Shown here one piece after another: positions 47,915 to 58,437 of a DNA stretch of 64,000 nucleotides (positions are counted from its first letter, which is position 1; each line of letters begins with the position of its first letter). The position numbers and the translations under genes were made by a program. The notes beneath the pieces are model-generated. The model did not search any database. It had not been told where the DNA came from and was given only the letters and a program-made list of their open reading frames with translations. Source of the DNA: an uncultured Amphritea sp. (GTDB taxonomy: Bacteria > Pseudomonadota > Gammaproteobacteria > Pseudomonadales > Balneatricaceae); contig CAXXNC010000002.1 in assembly GCA_963669425.2 (NCBI GenBank), forward strand, positions 2,074,618 to 2,138,617. The letters are read 5' to 3'.

Positions 47915-48460
47915 TCAGTCCAGACCGTTAAACTCTTCTTCATGCAGCCATGCTGCATGCTTAGGTGCTTTCTTGGTGCGGGACCACTCTTCCAGCATCT
48001 CCGGTGCCACACGCTTCAGTTCTGCCATCTGCGCATCGGTACCTTTCACATAAGTCAGCTCCAAACGATGGCCGTTAGGATCGAAGAAGTAGATTGAGCG
48101 GATAATACCGTGCTCGGTCGGACCCACAACTTTGATGCCTTTACCTTCGATCTCTTCTTTAGCAGCCATCAACGCCGCTTCATCCTTAACCCGGAAAGCA
48201 ATGTGCTGAACCCACTCCGGCGTGTTGCGATCACGGTCCATCTTCTCTTTGGTCGGCAACTCAAAGAACGCCAGGATATTGCCATTACCGGCATCCAGGA
48301 ACAGGTGCATATATGGATCAGGTTCTTTGGTTGAAGGCACCCGGTCTTCAGCAATCGCCACCAGAAAATCCATATTCAGGACATCCTGATAAAACTCAAC
48401 GGTCTCTTTGGCATCGTTACAACGGTAAGCCACATGGTGAATCTGTTCTAGCTGGATCAT
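47915..48460 (-). CDS. VOC/glyoxalase family protein
   Basis: IHHVAYRC, HIAF and SIYFFDPNGHRLEL; likely start MIQLEQ at 48460. Confidence 0.9.
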   Translation of the reverse strand: MIQLEQIHHVAYRCNDAKETVEFYQDVLNMDFLVAIAEDRVPSTKEPDPYMHLFLDAGNGNILAFFELPTKEKMDRDRNTPEWVQHIAFRVKDEAALMAAKEEIEGKGIKVVGPTEHGIIRSIYFFDPNGHRLELTYVKGTDAQMAELKRVAPEMLEEWSRTKKAPKHAAWLHEEEFNGLD

Positions 48461-48728
48461 CTGATTAGCCTCTTGTCGGGTGTTGTTATTGTAGTCACTC
48501 ATCGGTGCAGACTGATATTCAGCCACACCCGGACTGTATGAAGCCATATTAGTAACACAGGTTACTATTGTCAAAGATCAATACTTTTGACCTAACCCAC
48601 TGTTATATAAAGACATTAAACTTTTTATATCGATTATTCAGTAACTGGAAATTGTCTTTTTCTCAATTACACGTATAAAATAAAGGGCATTAAAATCATG
48701 TTATTAGCGATTCTGAGAAGAGAACAGC

Positions 48729-49211
48729 ATGAGTGGCTCCTCCACTGCCCCGAAAAATCATGAAGGCCAACTGGATCTGAACCGGTTTTTTCCATACCGA
48801 CTATCGACGCTTGATATGGCCGTCAGCCAGGCGGTCGCGCAACTGTATAGCGGCCGCTTCAATCTCAGCCGACAGGAATGGCGCATTATTGCCGCCCTGG
48901 GAAATCATGAGTCAATGTCAGCGAAAGAGCTGGCCGCCTATAGCAGCCTGGAGAAAATGCAGGTCAGCCGGGCCATATCCCGCCTGAAAGAAGCCGATCT
49001 GATTCTTCAACAGGAAGACCGGGATGACCGCCGCTACACCCGTCTGAGCCTTTCTGATCAAGGACGCAGCGTGTACAGGAAGATAGTGCCGCTGGTACTG
49101 GCACGGGAAGAATTTATTCTCTCCGCTCTGTCGGAGGAAGAACAGGAACAACTGATGCAGTTGATGGATAAGGTGTACCAGAAAGCTCTGGAATTGCAGA
49201 AGTGGGGCTGA
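48729..49211 (+). CDS. MarR family transcriptional regulator
   Basis: FFPYRLS, EWRIIAALG, VSRAI.RL and DRDDRR..RLSL; divergent from the VOC gene. Confidence 0.92.
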   Translation: MSGSSTAPKNHEGQLDLNRFFPYRLSTLDMAVSQAVAQLYSGRFNLSRQEWRIIAALGNHESMSAKELAAYSSLEKMQVSRAISRLKEADLILQQEDRDDRRYTRLSLSDQGRSVYRKIVPLVLAREEFILSALSEEEQEQLMQLMDKVYQKALELQKWG

Positions 49212-50159
49212 TCAGCTGGTCTGATCGTCGACAAAGATAAAATCGCCCCCCACCTGCTTTCCTCTCTGCAAGGCGCTATCAACCCGTTCAATCAGCGCCT
49301 CGCCCTGATCTCCCGGCCTGTATGTGGTAATCCCCATGGTCATCGTCATTGCAAACGAATGCCCCTCCCAGTCAAAACTATGGGTTCGCAACGTCTGCCA
49401 GGCCTTCTCTACCAGCCTGCGGGCTATTTCAGCATTGTCTTCTCGCATCAGGATCAGGAAATCAGCGCCATTCCAACGCGCAACACAATCCATGCCTGTG
49501 AGCGCATTACGTAACAGTTCAGCGGTCTTCACTAATACGTAATCGCCGCAGTTATGGCCGTAGCGGTCATTCACTGACTTAAAGAAATCAAGATCACACA
49601 TCACCAGCGAAAAGCCGGTTGCGGTATTCAGCGCCCGGTCAATCTCCTGCTCTATCCGCTGAATTATATAGTGCTGATTATAGGTGCCGGTGAGCTGGTC
49701 TACAGAAGACAGATGTTTAAGACCTTCCATCTCACGGGTCAGATCCGTGATATCGATAAACGTCATAATGTAATAGCCGGGGCGGATAGTACAGCGCAGT
49801 TCACTGAACACTTCAAACCAGCGGTCCTGACCACTTTTACACCGCACCTTTACCTTGGCCCGGGCCACAGCTTCATCATTTTCCAGCGCCTCTGCGGCAC
49901 GTTCTTTCCACAGTTGTGAAATCTCCCGACAATACTCCGGATCAGGATAGGCCGTCTGCATCCAGCGCCAGGAATCAGGAATATCGTCGGCGGTATAGCC
50001 GATCAGATCCAGAAACTTCTGATTCACAAAGCGGATCTTCTGCTCACTCAGTTTCTCTGTCTGATCCGGACGGAACGACAACACCAGCGCAGCGATAGGC
50101 AGATGGTTAAGAAAATCAAAAAAAGGCTGTGTATCAGCTTGTCGCACAACGTCCCCCAA
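49212..50159 (-). CDS. PAS plus degenerate GGDEF domain protein
   Basis: PAS/PAC N-terminus; DLDFFKSVND.YGH..GD is present but the signature reads RWNGADF. Confidence 0.85.
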   Translation of the reverse strand: MGDVVRQADTQPFFDFLNHLPIAALVLSFRPDQTEKLSEQKIRFVNQKFLDLIGYTADDIPDSWRWMQTAYPDPEYCREISQLWKERAAEALENDEAVARAKVKVRCKSGQDRWFEVFSELRCTIRPGYYIMTFIDITDLTREMEGLKHLSSVDQLTGTYNQHYIIQRIEQEIDRALNTATGFSLVMCDLDFFKSVNDRYGHNCGDYVLVKTAELLRNALTGMDCVARWNGADFLILMREDNAEIARRLVEKAWQTLRTHSFDWEGHSFAMTMTMGITTYRPGDQGEALIERVDSALQRGKQVGGDFIFVDDQTS

Positions 50160-50243
50160 CTCGACATACTGTGAACTGCCGGCTCCGGAAAGAGCCGACA
50201 GAATTCAGTTTAGCCAAACATCGGGAAAACCACAGATACCTAT

Positions 50244-51458
50244 TTAGTCTGATTCAGTAACAATATCGATCTCACCTTCCAGAGTCCGGTGTACCGGACA
50301 GCGATCAGCGATCTCCAGCAACCGCTGTTTCTGCTCCGGCTGCAGATCCCCGACCAGAGTGATATGACGGACAAACCGATCTACCTTACCGCCGTTCTGA
50401 ATGCAGCTTTCGCAATCTTCGGCATGCACCTTGTCATGACTGACATCCACCTGTACGTGCTCCAATGGCAGTTTTTTCTGCCGTGCGTACATCCGTATCG
50501 TCATAGAGGTACAGGCACCCAGCCCTGCTGCAACCAGCTGATAAGGAGTAGGCCCCAGATAACTACCACCATAACTGGCCGGTTCATCGGCGATCAGATG
50601 ATGACCTGCCGCACTGATATCCTGAGTAAAGCTATCAGGATCAGCCTCACTGACCCGGGTAATCCCTTCCGGTGCCGTCATCAGCTTCGGTAACAGCGTG
50701 ACATCGATATAGCGTTGCACCCAGGCAGAGATCATCTCAGCAGCGTATTCAGCATCCTCAGCACGGGTAAGAAGATGGTCTGCAGAATCAAGAGTGATAA
50801 AGCTCTTAGGATGCTTCGCCATCTGGAACAGACGGGCTGCGTTATCCAGCTCAACAGTATCATCCAGCGGTGCATGCATCACCAGAAGCGCTTTCTTCAG
50901 ACCCGCCACATGGGATTGCAGAGATACCGCTGAGATATCATCTATGAACTGACGTTTAATGGTGAACGGTCGTCCACCCAGCTGTACTTCAGCTTTGCCC
51001 TGTTCACAGATCTCTCCAAGCTGATGGCCGAAATTATGCAGCACATGCTCAGGCTCCGCAGGTGCACCGATAGTGACGACCGCTTTGGCTTCAGGCACCT
51101 GACCCGCTGCAGCCAGAACCGCCGCTCCCCCCAGCGAATGCCCGATAAGTAACTGCGGCGCTGCATGGTTCTGTCGCAGATACTCCACCGCCTGCAACAG
51201 GTCCTCAACATTAGAACTAAACCCTGTATTGGCAAACTCACCACCGGAGTGACCAAGACCGGTAAAATCAAAACGCAACACGGCGATCCCCAGTGACGCC
51301 AATCGCTGTGCAATCCGTCTTGCTGCAGGAATATCTTTCGAACAGGTGAAACAGTGAGCAAACAGTGCATACGCAGCAGGCTTACCTACCGGCAGATCGA
51401 GCCGGGCAGCCAGGGTCGCACCATCATAGCCAGTGAATTCCAGGCGCTGGGTTTTCAT
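50244..51458 (-). CDS. Bifunctional alpha/beta hydrolase - OsmC family protein
   Basis: FAHCFTCSK, GHSLGG nucleophile elbow; C-terminal OsmC with LGACTSMT and CPVHRTL. Confidence 0.92.
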   Translation of the reverse strand: MKTQRLEFTGYDGATLAARLDLPVGKPAAYALFAHCFTCSKDIPAARRIAQRLASLGIAVLRFDFTGLGHSGGEFANTGFSSNVEDLLQAVEYLRQNHAAPQLLIGHSLGGAAVLAAAGQVPEAKAVVTIGAPAEPEHVLHNFGHQLGEICEQGKAEVQLGGRPFTIKRQFIDDISAVSLQSHVAGLKKALLVMHAPLDDTVELDNAARLFQMAKHPKSFITLDSADHLLTRAEDAEYAAEMISAWVQRYIDVTLLPKLMTAPEGITRVSEADPDSFTQDISAAGHHLIADEPASYGGSYLGPTPYQLVAAGLGACTSMTIRMYARQKKLPLEHVQVDVSHDKVHAEDCESCIQNGGKVDRFVRHITLVGDLQPEQKQRLLEIADRCPVHRTLEGEIDIVTESD

Positions 51459-51656
51459 ATCTGAACTCCTGAGCAATTAATTTCCTTCATTGTTCAGGTT
51501 GAGACAGCGGAACACCATTTAGATTTCACTATGAAGTGTATTGATCAGATAAATCACTTGACCAATAACAAGTTTCTGTAATTAAAAATCATTATTATTT
51601 ACAGCGATGATTTTGCAGGACTGACTATTTGCAAGATGAATAACGGAGATCAGCAG

Positions 51657-52142
51657 ATGGATGAGATGGCGATGTTCACACTGGCACGGGTATTACACGT
51701 TGCCGGTGTGGTGTTATGGATCGGTGGGGTCGCCTTTGTGACCACCGTACTGATTCCGGCGCTGCACCGTCTGCCAGAAGCAGACCAGCGCATGGACCTG
51801 TTTGAACAGCTGGAAGGACGCTTTGCCCTGCAAGCCCGCATCGTTACGGTGATTACCGGCGCATCAGGATTCTATCTGCTGCATGTACTGGAGGCCTGGG
51901 ATCGTTATCAGAGCCTGCAGTTCTGGTGGATGCATCTGATGACAGCGATCTGGGGAATTTTCACGCTGGTACTGTTCGTGCTGGAACCTCTGTTCCTGCA
52001 TCGCTGGTTTCACGAGCAGGCAAAGATCGACAGCGAAAAGACCTTTGCCCGCGTGCACCGGATGCATAAAGTACTGCTGAGTCTGAGCCTGCTGGCCGTG
52101 GCAGGTGCCGTAGCAGGCTCCCACGGTTATAGTTTTCTGTAA
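51657..52142 (+). CDS. Four-TM membrane protein of unknown function
   Basis: GGAGA RBS; ARVLHV..VVLWIGG, WWMHLM and R.H.MH..LL patterns. Confidence 0.78.
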   Translation: MDEMAMFTLARVLHVAGVVLWIGGVAFVTTVLIPALHRLPEADQRMDLFEQLEGRFALQARIVTVITGASGFYLLHVLEAWDRYQSLQFWWMHLMTAIWGIFTLVLFVLEPLFLHRWFHEQAKIDSEKTFARVHRMHKVLLSLSLLAVAGAVAGSHGYSFL

Positions 52143-52146
52143 CTGC

Positions 52147-53250
52147 TTACTCCGTTATAGCCTGTTGCAAAGAAAGCAACATCTTCTCCCACCACAGCAG
52201 GTTCTGACGCGGCGCGCCAACCACCATACGCTCGCCAATTTCAGGGGTCGCCAGCGCTACCGAATTATCCCATGCCAGATCACTGATCCGCTCCAGCGGT
52301 TCATACCAGGCGTGCATAGCCAGATCAAAGGTACCGTTATGTACAGGCATCATTACCTTTCCTCTAACATCCAGATGCGCTTGCAGACTGTCCTCTGGAC
52401 TCATATGGATATTTGACCACAGCGGGTTGTAGGCGCCATTTTCCATAATGGTCAGATCAAAGGGTCCGAACCGTTCGCCGATCTTCTTAAAGCCATCAAA
52501 ATAGCCGGTGTCGCCGCTGTAAAAGATTTTCTGCTCCGCGGTCTGAATAACCCAGGAAGCCCAGAGTGTGCGGTTGCCTCCGGTAATACCCCGACCGGAA
52601 AAGTGCTGTGCCGGCGTTGCAGTCAGACTCACGCCAGCCACTTCGGTACCCTGCCACCAGTCCAGCTCAGTAACCTGCGTTTCTGATGCGCCCCACTCCC
52701 TAACATATCGGCCAACCCCTAACGGCACGACAAACTGCTCTACCTTCGGTACCAGCTGTCGGATACTCTCTTTATCCAGGTGGTCGTAATGGTCATGGGA
52801 AATAATGACGCCAGCCAGATCCGGCAGCTCTGCAATACTCACAGGGGGAGCATGAAAACGCTTCGGTCCGGCCCAGCTGACCGGCGATGCCCGCTCGCCG
52901 AATACCGGATCGATCAGCCAGTACTGCCCTTCAAGACGCAATAACAGGGTTGAATGACCGAGTCGGTAAATCACGCCGTTCTCGGTTTCCTGCTCCAATT
53001 GCTCACGACTGATCGGGTGCACAGGGATAGCACGGTCAGGCACTGACAATGCGTGCTTTTCGGTCAGAAACTTCCAGGTGATTTTTACAGTTTCAGCAAA
53101 GCCGCCCATTTCAAATGATTCGTCATTACGAAACTCACCATCGCGAAACTGTGCTGATTCACTGAAATCCTGTTTTGTCTGATTCACAGAACAACTGACA
53201 ATACTCGCCACAAGCACACCTCCTAACAGAATTAAAAGCCGTTTTTTCAT
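52147..53250 (-). CDS. Exported MBL-fold metallo-hydrolase (NAPE-PLD/RomA-like)
   Basis: Lipoprotein-like signal (IVSC), LGHST, ISHDHYDHLD, PAQHFSGR, SGDTGY and PVH.GTF.L..H.W. Confidence 0.9.
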   Translation of the reverse strand: MKKRLLILLGGVLVASIVSCSVNQTKQDFSESAQFRDGEFRNDESFEMGGFAETVKITWKFLTEKHALSVPDRAIPVHPISREQLEQETENGVIYRLGHSTLLLRLEGQYWLIDPVFGERASPVSWAGPKRFHAPPVSIAELPDLAGVIISHDHYDHLDKESIRQLVPKVEQFVVPLGVGRYVREWGASETQVTELDWWQGTEVAGVSLTATPAQHFSGRGITGGNRTLWASWVIQTAEQKIFYSGDTGYFDGFKKIGERFGPFDLTIMENGAYNPLWSNIHMSPEDSLQAHLDVRGKVMMPVHNGTFDLAMHAWYEPLERISDLAWDNSVALATPEIGERMVVGAPRQNLLWWEKMLLSLQQAITE

Positions 53251-53273
53251 TACTGACCTCAATCAGCCAAAAG

Positions 53274-53335
53274 TAAACTATACGGTGTAGTTTATATCGA
53301 AAATTCCAAAAGTAAACTAATCAGTGTAAAATTTA
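53274..53335. promoter_or_regulatory. Two palindromic TetR operator candidates
   Basis: TAAACTA-TACGGTG-TAGTTTA (53274-53294) and an imperfect copy TAAACTAATCAGTGTAAAATTTA (53313-53335) in the divergent intergenic region. Confidence 0.65.
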
Positions 53336-53372
53336 GTCTTAGTAAAACAGCGCAGGCTAAACAGGACAGTTA

Positions 53373-53969
53373 ATGAATCAGAGTGAACGTAAGCGACAGG
53401 CAATACTGAATGCTGCCATCAGTGAGTTTCTGGCCAATGGCTTCAGGGGCAGCAGTATGGATGCCATCTCCACCCGGGCTGAGGTTTCCAAACGCACCGT
53501 CTACAATCACTTTGAAAATAAGGAAGCGCTGTTTCAGGCGATCGTGATGGAGATGTTCCGTTACGTGCAGGATGAGCAATCATTCGGCTATAACACCGAG
53601 CAACCTTTGGATGAACAGTTAAAAGCGATCGCCCGCCACAAAATCAACACGATGTCAGATCCCCATGTACAGAATCTGGTACGGGTTATTTTTGCCGAAG
53701 CCATTCACTCGCCCCACCTGATTGCCCAGGCACTGGAACAGTATCAACAAAGCGAGCAGGCGTTAGACGGCTGGATAAAAGCCGCTATCGCCGATGGTCG
53801 GTTGCGTGAGGTGGATCCACACTATGCTGCGGAGCAACTGATGGGGCTGATTAAAGGCAGTGCTTTCTGGCCGCAACTGATTATGGGAAGACCCACTCCG
53901 GATTCAGAGCAATCGGAGCAGATTATTGAAGACAGCGTGGCGATGTTTCTGAATTACTACAGTGCCTGA
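53373..53969 (+). CDS. TetR/AcrR family transcriptional regulator
   Basis: AAISEF...GF..SSMD.I...A.VSKRTVYNHF.NKE.LF helix-turn-helix. Confidence 0.93.
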   Translation: MNQSERKRQAILNAAISEFLANGFRGSSMDAISTRAEVSKRTVYNHFENKEALFQAIVMEMFRYVQDEQSFGYNTEQPLDEQLKAIARHKINTMSDPHVQNLVRVIFAEAIHSPHLIAQALEQYQQSEQALDGWIKAAIADGRLREVDPHYAAEQLMGLIKGSAFWPQLIMGRPTPDSEQSEQIIEDSVAMFLNYYSA

Positions 53970-53978
53970 ACCGGATCA

Positions 53979-54461
53979 TTAGTGCTGATGACCACCCTCA
54001 CCGTGGGCATGGCCATGAGCGATCTCTTCGGCTGTCGCATCACGCAGATCAACGATCTCAATATCAAAGGTCAGAGTCTTACCCGCCAGCGGGTGGTTGT
54101 TATCAACCGTGACCATAAATTTACCAACTTTAACGACCGTCACCTGACGCAGCCCCTGCTCAGTGTTCACGGTCCCGACCATACCTTTTTGCCACTTTTT
54201 GGCACCCTGCAGATGCTTAACCGGAATCCGCTGTTCACAATCAGGCAGGAACTCACCGTAGGCGTCTTTCGGCTCAAGCGTCACCGAAAACGTGTCGCCA
54301 ACAGCCTTACCGTCCATCGCCTTTTCCAACCCTTCAATCATATTGTTGTGGCCATGCAGATACGCCATCGGCGCACCACCGCGGGTGGTCTCTTCTACAG
54401 TGCTTTCAGCGTCGGTCAGGTTATAGTGAAAGCGTACAACTTTATCTTTTGCTACGGTCAT
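53979..54461 (-). CDS. slyD: FKBP-type PPIase SlyD with His-rich tail
   Basis: YLHG..NMI.GLE.A..GK, NHPLAGKTL.FD.EI and HGHAHGEGGHQH. Confidence 0.92.
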   Translation of the reverse strand: MTVAKDKVVRFHYNLTDAESTVEETTRGGAPMAYLHGHNNMIEGLEKAMDGKAVGDTFSVTLEPKDAYGEFLPDCEQRIPVKHLQGAKKWQKGMVGTVNTEQGLRQVTVVKVGKFMVTVDNNHPLAGKTLTFDIEIVDLRDATAEEIAHGHAHGEGGHQH

Positions 54462-54573
54462 AATTGTTCCAAAAGCTAATCGATTAGAGGCAGATTATCA
54501 GCCTCATCTGAATACAATGGTGATTATATTCGGGATTGACTAACAAAGTCCCGTGCCGTGACCGAAACCGCAT

Positions 54574-55572
54574 TCAGCGATCAGAATAAGCCCTGATCCG
54601 TTCCAGCAACGCGGTAGGGACCTCAACACCTTCAGGTTGTTGCTGTAAGCGTCCGGCTCCGGGAATTCGTCCACCAAACTCATGCTGGTAACGCTTCAGA
54701 TATTCATCCACGCGATCCGCAAAACCGTTGTCACACACCATGTCAGGATTGATGGCGATCAGGAAGAAACCAATATCCAGAGGCTCGTTCCCGGCATTGA
54801 ATGCCGGCGCATCACAGGACCAGTTTGAGCCGGTCAGCCCCGCCGACAACATCTCCACCATCAGCGCCACATTGGTGCCTTTATAGCCACCGAATGCTAA
54901 CAGTGCTCCCGACAGCGCAGCAGCCGGATCCTGAGTAGGATTACCTTCAGCATCGACAGCCCAGCCCTGCGGCAATTGTTCGCCGGCTTCATGCGCCGCT
55001 CTGACATTGACAAAGGCGGTCGCGCTGGAAGACTGATCAATAACCATTGCCGCCCCAGCTCTGTCCGGCACCGCAAACGCCATCGGGTTAGTACCGAACA
55101 CCGGCTTACTGCCTCCGGGAACGGTGACTTTTGCAGGCCCGGCGTTGGAAGCTGCCATCGCGATCAGCCCGTCATCAGCAAGACGACGGACAAAGTACCC
55201 GACCACCCCGCAGGTAAAAGCATGACTGACAGAAAAAGCAGCAATACCGTAGGTTTTAGCGGCTGTCATAAAAGCAGCATAGTGCTGGTCGAAGGCCGGA
55301 TGAACCAGACCGGAATGCGCATTAAGACGGAACATTACCGGTGTGGGCTGTTCAAAGGTCGCGGCGGCCTTGCCATTGATACGGCCCGCCAGCATCCCTT
55401 CACAGTAGTCAGGCAGATGTCCCAGCCCGACATTACGGATACCTTCCCCTTCTGCCGCCACAATCGATGCTGCCAGAGCAGCAGCATTCTCAGTGCTCGC
55501 GCCGCACGCTTCTGCCGCCTGTCGGGCGACATGGTAGACTTCATCCAGAGTCAGCCAGCTATTCTGTTCCAT
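54574..55572 (-). CDS. Ldh_2 family (malate/L-lactate/sulfolactate-type) oxidoreductase
   Basis: A...G....GL..LP.Y, FGTNPMAFA, IDQSSS and FGGYKG...ALMVE.L.A.LTG. Confidence 0.85.
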   Translation of the reverse strand: MEQNSWLTLDEVYHVARQAAEACGASTENAAALAASIVAAEGEGIRNVGLGHLPDYCEGMLAGRINGKAAATFEQPTPVMFRLNAHSGLVHPAFDQHYAAFMTAAKTYGIAAFSVSHAFTCGVVGYFVRRLADDGLIAMAASNAGPAKVTVPGGSKPVFGTNPMAFAVPDRAGAAMVIDQSSSATAFVNVRAAHEAGEQLPQGWAVDAEGNPTQDPAAALSGALLAFGGYKGTNVALMVEMLSAGLTGSNWSCDAPAFNAGNEPLDIGFFLIAINPDMVCDNGFADRVDEYLKRYQHEFGGRIPGAGRLQQQPEGVEVPTALLERIRAYSDR

Positions 55573-55649
55573 CTGTTTTCCTTTCTTTCCCCGGTCTGGC
55601 CCACGTTGTCAGAAAACACTTCATCAAAACTGTATAAATACGACGTGAA

Positions 55650-56123
55650 TCAGCAGATTTCGACAATCTCATACTCGCCCTGAGGCAGGGTTACCGTGTC
55701 GCCACAAAACTGGCCAACCAGGGCCCGCCCCATCGGGGCATCCGGGGTTATCACCGTCACCAGAATACCATCCGTATTGATCTGCACACCGCCTCCGGCA
55801 ACACCGATGAAAAGGTGTTTCTGCTCACCCTGCGGCTTCTCCAGTGTCACCAGTGCGGACAATCCTACCGGTGTATCCTGATCGAATATCCGCACCGGCA
55901 TGCTGCGATAGTCAGCCAGATTCATCTCCAGCTCCTGCACCCGTTTGGACTGCCCGTGGGCCAGATAGGATGCTTCCAGTCCCAGGGTGTCATATTGCGT
56001 TTCAGGCACACTTTCATCGTGAATGGCCGCTTCCCGGGCTTCATTGGCTGCATCAATATTCACCTGCAGATCGTCCTCCAGGTGGCGGATTATCTCTGCG
56101 ATCAGTTCCGTTTTATCCATCAT
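55650..56123 (-). CDS. GreA/GreB-like protein
   Basis: N-terminal coiled coil with YDT.GLEASYLAHGQ; C-terminal VITP..PMG.AL.G...GD.V. Confidence 0.8.
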   Translation of the reverse strand: MMDKTELIAEIIRHLEDDLQVNIDAANEAREAAIHDESVPETQYDTLGLEASYLAHGQSKRVQELEMNLADYRSMPVRIFDQDTPVGLSALVTLEKPQGEQKHLFIGVAGGGVQINTDGILVTVITPDAPMGRALVGQFCGDTVTLPQGEYEIVEIC

Positions 56124-56271
56124 CTACTGCCTTTCTTACACTGGGTTTCAGTATCCCCCCGGATTGGGCTAAATGAAACCACTATTTCACATACATCGCC
56201 GGCGTTTTGTGGGACAATGCGCGGCCTGTTTTATCACACTACTCTCAAACCAGTTCGGGAAGATCTTAAAC

Positions 56272-57867
56272 GTGCTGACGACCGCTAATATCACAATGCA
56301 GTTTGGCTCCAAGCCACTGTTTGAAAATATCTCCGTTAAATTTGGCGAAGGTAACCGCTACGGCCTGATCGGCGCCAATGGCTGCGGTAAATCCACCCTG
56401 ATGAAGATTCTGGGCGGCGATCTGGAACCAAGCTCCGGTAATGTCAGCAAAGATCCTAATGAGCGCATCGGTAAGCTGCGTCAGGACCAGTTTGGTTTTG
56501 AAGAGTTCTCCGTCATCGATACGGTCATTATGGGCCATAGCGAACTGTGGGAAGTGAAAAAAGAGCGGGACCGCATCTACAGCCTGCCGGAAATGAGCGA
56601 AGAAGACGGCATCAAAGTCGCGGAACTGGAAGTGGAATTTGCCGAGCTTGATGGCTACACCGCTGAGTCCCGTGCCGGTGAACTGCTGCTGGGTCTCGAT
56701 ATTCCGATCGAACAACACTTCGGTCCGATGAGCGAAGTAGCTCCAGGCTGGAAACTGCGTGTACTGCTGGCCCAGGCCCTGTTTGCAGATCCCGATATCA
56801 TGCTGCTGGACGAACCGACCAACAACCTGGATATCAACACTATCCGTTGGCTGGAAGGCGTCCTCAACGCCCGTAACAGCACCATGATTATCATCTCCCA
56901 CGACCGTCATTTCCTGAACAGCGTCTGCACCCATATGGCAGATCTGGACTACGGTGAGCTGCGAGTCTATCCGGGCAACTACGATGATTACATGATCGCC
57001 TCCACTCAGTTGCAGGAACGCCTGCAATCTGAAAACGCCAAGAAGAAAGCTCAGATCGCCGAGCTGCGTAGCTTCGTAAGCCGCTTCTCTGCCAACGCAT
57101 CGAAAGCTAAACAGGCTACTTCCCGGGCCCGTCAGATCGAAAAAATTGAGCTGAACGATATCAAACCGTCCAGCCGTCAGAGCCCGTACATCCGCTTTGA
57201 CCAAGAGAAGAAGCTGCATCGTCTGGCACTGGAAGTTGAAGGTCTGAGCAAAGGCTACGGCGAAGAGCCACTGATTAAAGACCTCGATCTGATGGTCGAA
57301 GTCGGCGAACGCATCGCCATTATCGGCCCGAACGGTATCGGTAAAACTACCCTGCTGCGCAGCCTGTTCGGGGATCTGGATATCGATTCCGGCACCGTCA
57401 AATGGTCCGAGAACAACAACATCGGTTACTACGCTCAGGATCACGCCCACGAGTTCGCCGAAGATATGAACCTGTTCGACTGGATGGCCCAGTGGACCCA
57501 GTCCGGTGCTGATGAACAGGTTATTCGTGGTTCTCTGGGGCGGATGCTGTTCTCCCAGAACGAAATCAAAAAGTCCGTACAGGTACTTTCCGGTGGTGAA
57601 AAAGGCCGGATGTTGCTGGGTAAACTGATTCTGCAACAGCCAAACATTCTGCTGATGGACGAGCCGACCAACCACATGGATATGGAATCCATCGAGTCGC
57701 TCAACCTGGCACTGGAAAACTTTGAAGGCACGCTGATCTTCGTCAGCCACGACCGGGAATTCGTATCCTCGCTGGCGACACGGGTTATCGAATTGAATGA
57801 AAGCGGCCTGACCGACTTCCGCGGCGGTTACGAAGAGTACCTGAAGAGTCAGGGTATCGAAGGTTAA
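56272..57867 (+). CDS. ybiT: ABC-F family ATPase (YbiT-like)
   Basis: GTG start ([17 protein letters not shown]); two NBDs ([23 protein letters not shown] twice); no TMD. Confidence 0.88.
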   Translation: MLTTANITMQFGSKPLFENISVKFGEGNRYGLIGANGCGKSTLMKILGGDLEPSSGNVSKDPNERIGKLRQDQFGFEEFSVIDTVIMGHSELWEVKKERDRIYSLPEMSEEDGIKVAELEVEFAELDGYTAESRAGELLLGLDIPIEQHFGPMSEVAPGWKLRVLLAQALFADPDIMLLDEPTNNLDINTIRWLEGVLNARNSTMIIISHDRHFLNSVCTHMADLDYGELRVYPGNYDDYMIASTQLQERLQSENAKKKAQIAELRSFVSRFSANASKAKQATSRARQIEKIELNDIKPSSRQSPYIRFDQEKKLHRLALEVEGLSKGYGEEPLIKDLDLMVEVGERIAIIGPNGIGKTTLLRSLFGDLDIDSGTVKWSENNNIGYYAQDHAHEFAEDMNLFDWMAQWTQSGADEQVIRGSLGRMLFSQNEIKKSVQVLSGGEKGRMLLGKLILQQPNILLMDEPTNHMDMESIESLNLALENFEGTLIFVSHDREFVSSLATRVIELNESGLTDFRGGYEEYLKSQGIEG

Positions 57868-57879
57868 GATTAACGACTT

Positions 57880-57907
57880 AAAAAGCCAGCATCCGCTGGC
57901 TTTTTTT
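57880..57907. terminator. Bidirectional intrinsic terminator between ybiT and nosL
   Basis: AAAAAGCCAGC-ATCC-GCTGGCTTTTTTT. Confidence 0.82.
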
Positions 57908-57918
57908 ATTTCTCAGAA

Positions 57919-58437
57919 TCAATGTACCTGCTGATGGTTGAGGCTGATCAATACCTCCAGCGTAATCTCGTCAAACGTCAGTACCTGCCCTCCCTGAGAC
58001 TGAGCAAACAGCTCCGCATGACTCTGCTTGGAAAAGCTTGCCAGCGTCGGCCCCATTGCCCCTTTCTTACCGTGGCCGATCACGTAATAAGCCTGCTTGG
58101 CATCGATATAGGTTTCTTCATCAGGATTCTCCCAGGGGTTCACCGCCATGTCATGAACGTAAGCTTCCTGAATATTGTGCTGATTCTCAGGATCAACAAT
58201 AAAAGCGAACATATCCCGGGTTGAACAGAAACGCAGGTTGCCCTGAATTCCCTTCGAATAAAGCTGTCCTTTCGGGCCCGGATAGTTGGTAATGATCATG
58301 CCGCACAGGTGACACTCATCAGAGCTCTCCAGAGCCACTGCCTGTCGGATCATCGCCTGCTGAGGATCTTCATCACCGCAGCCGCTTAACAATCCAAGCG
58401 TCATTACTAACAAAGTCAGTCGAATATATGTCGCCAT
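57919..58437 (-). CDS. nosL: Copper chaperone lipoprotein NosL
   Basis: Lipobox LSGC; C.LCGMII..YPGPKGQ, FCS.RD and MG..L..F. Confidence 0.93.
   Translation of the reverse strand: MATYIRLTLLVMTLGLLSGCGDEDPQQAMIRQAVALESSDECHLCGMIITNYPGPKGQLYSKGIQGNLRFCSTRDMFAFIVDPENQHNIQEAYVHDMAVNPWENPDEETYIDAKQAYYVIGHGKKGAMGPTLASFSKQSHAELFAQSQGGQVLTFDEITLEVLISLNHQQVH

Noticed and set aside
56266-57750. 494-aa antisense ORF in the ABC-F gene
   Set aside because: Shadow ORF with no independent motifs.
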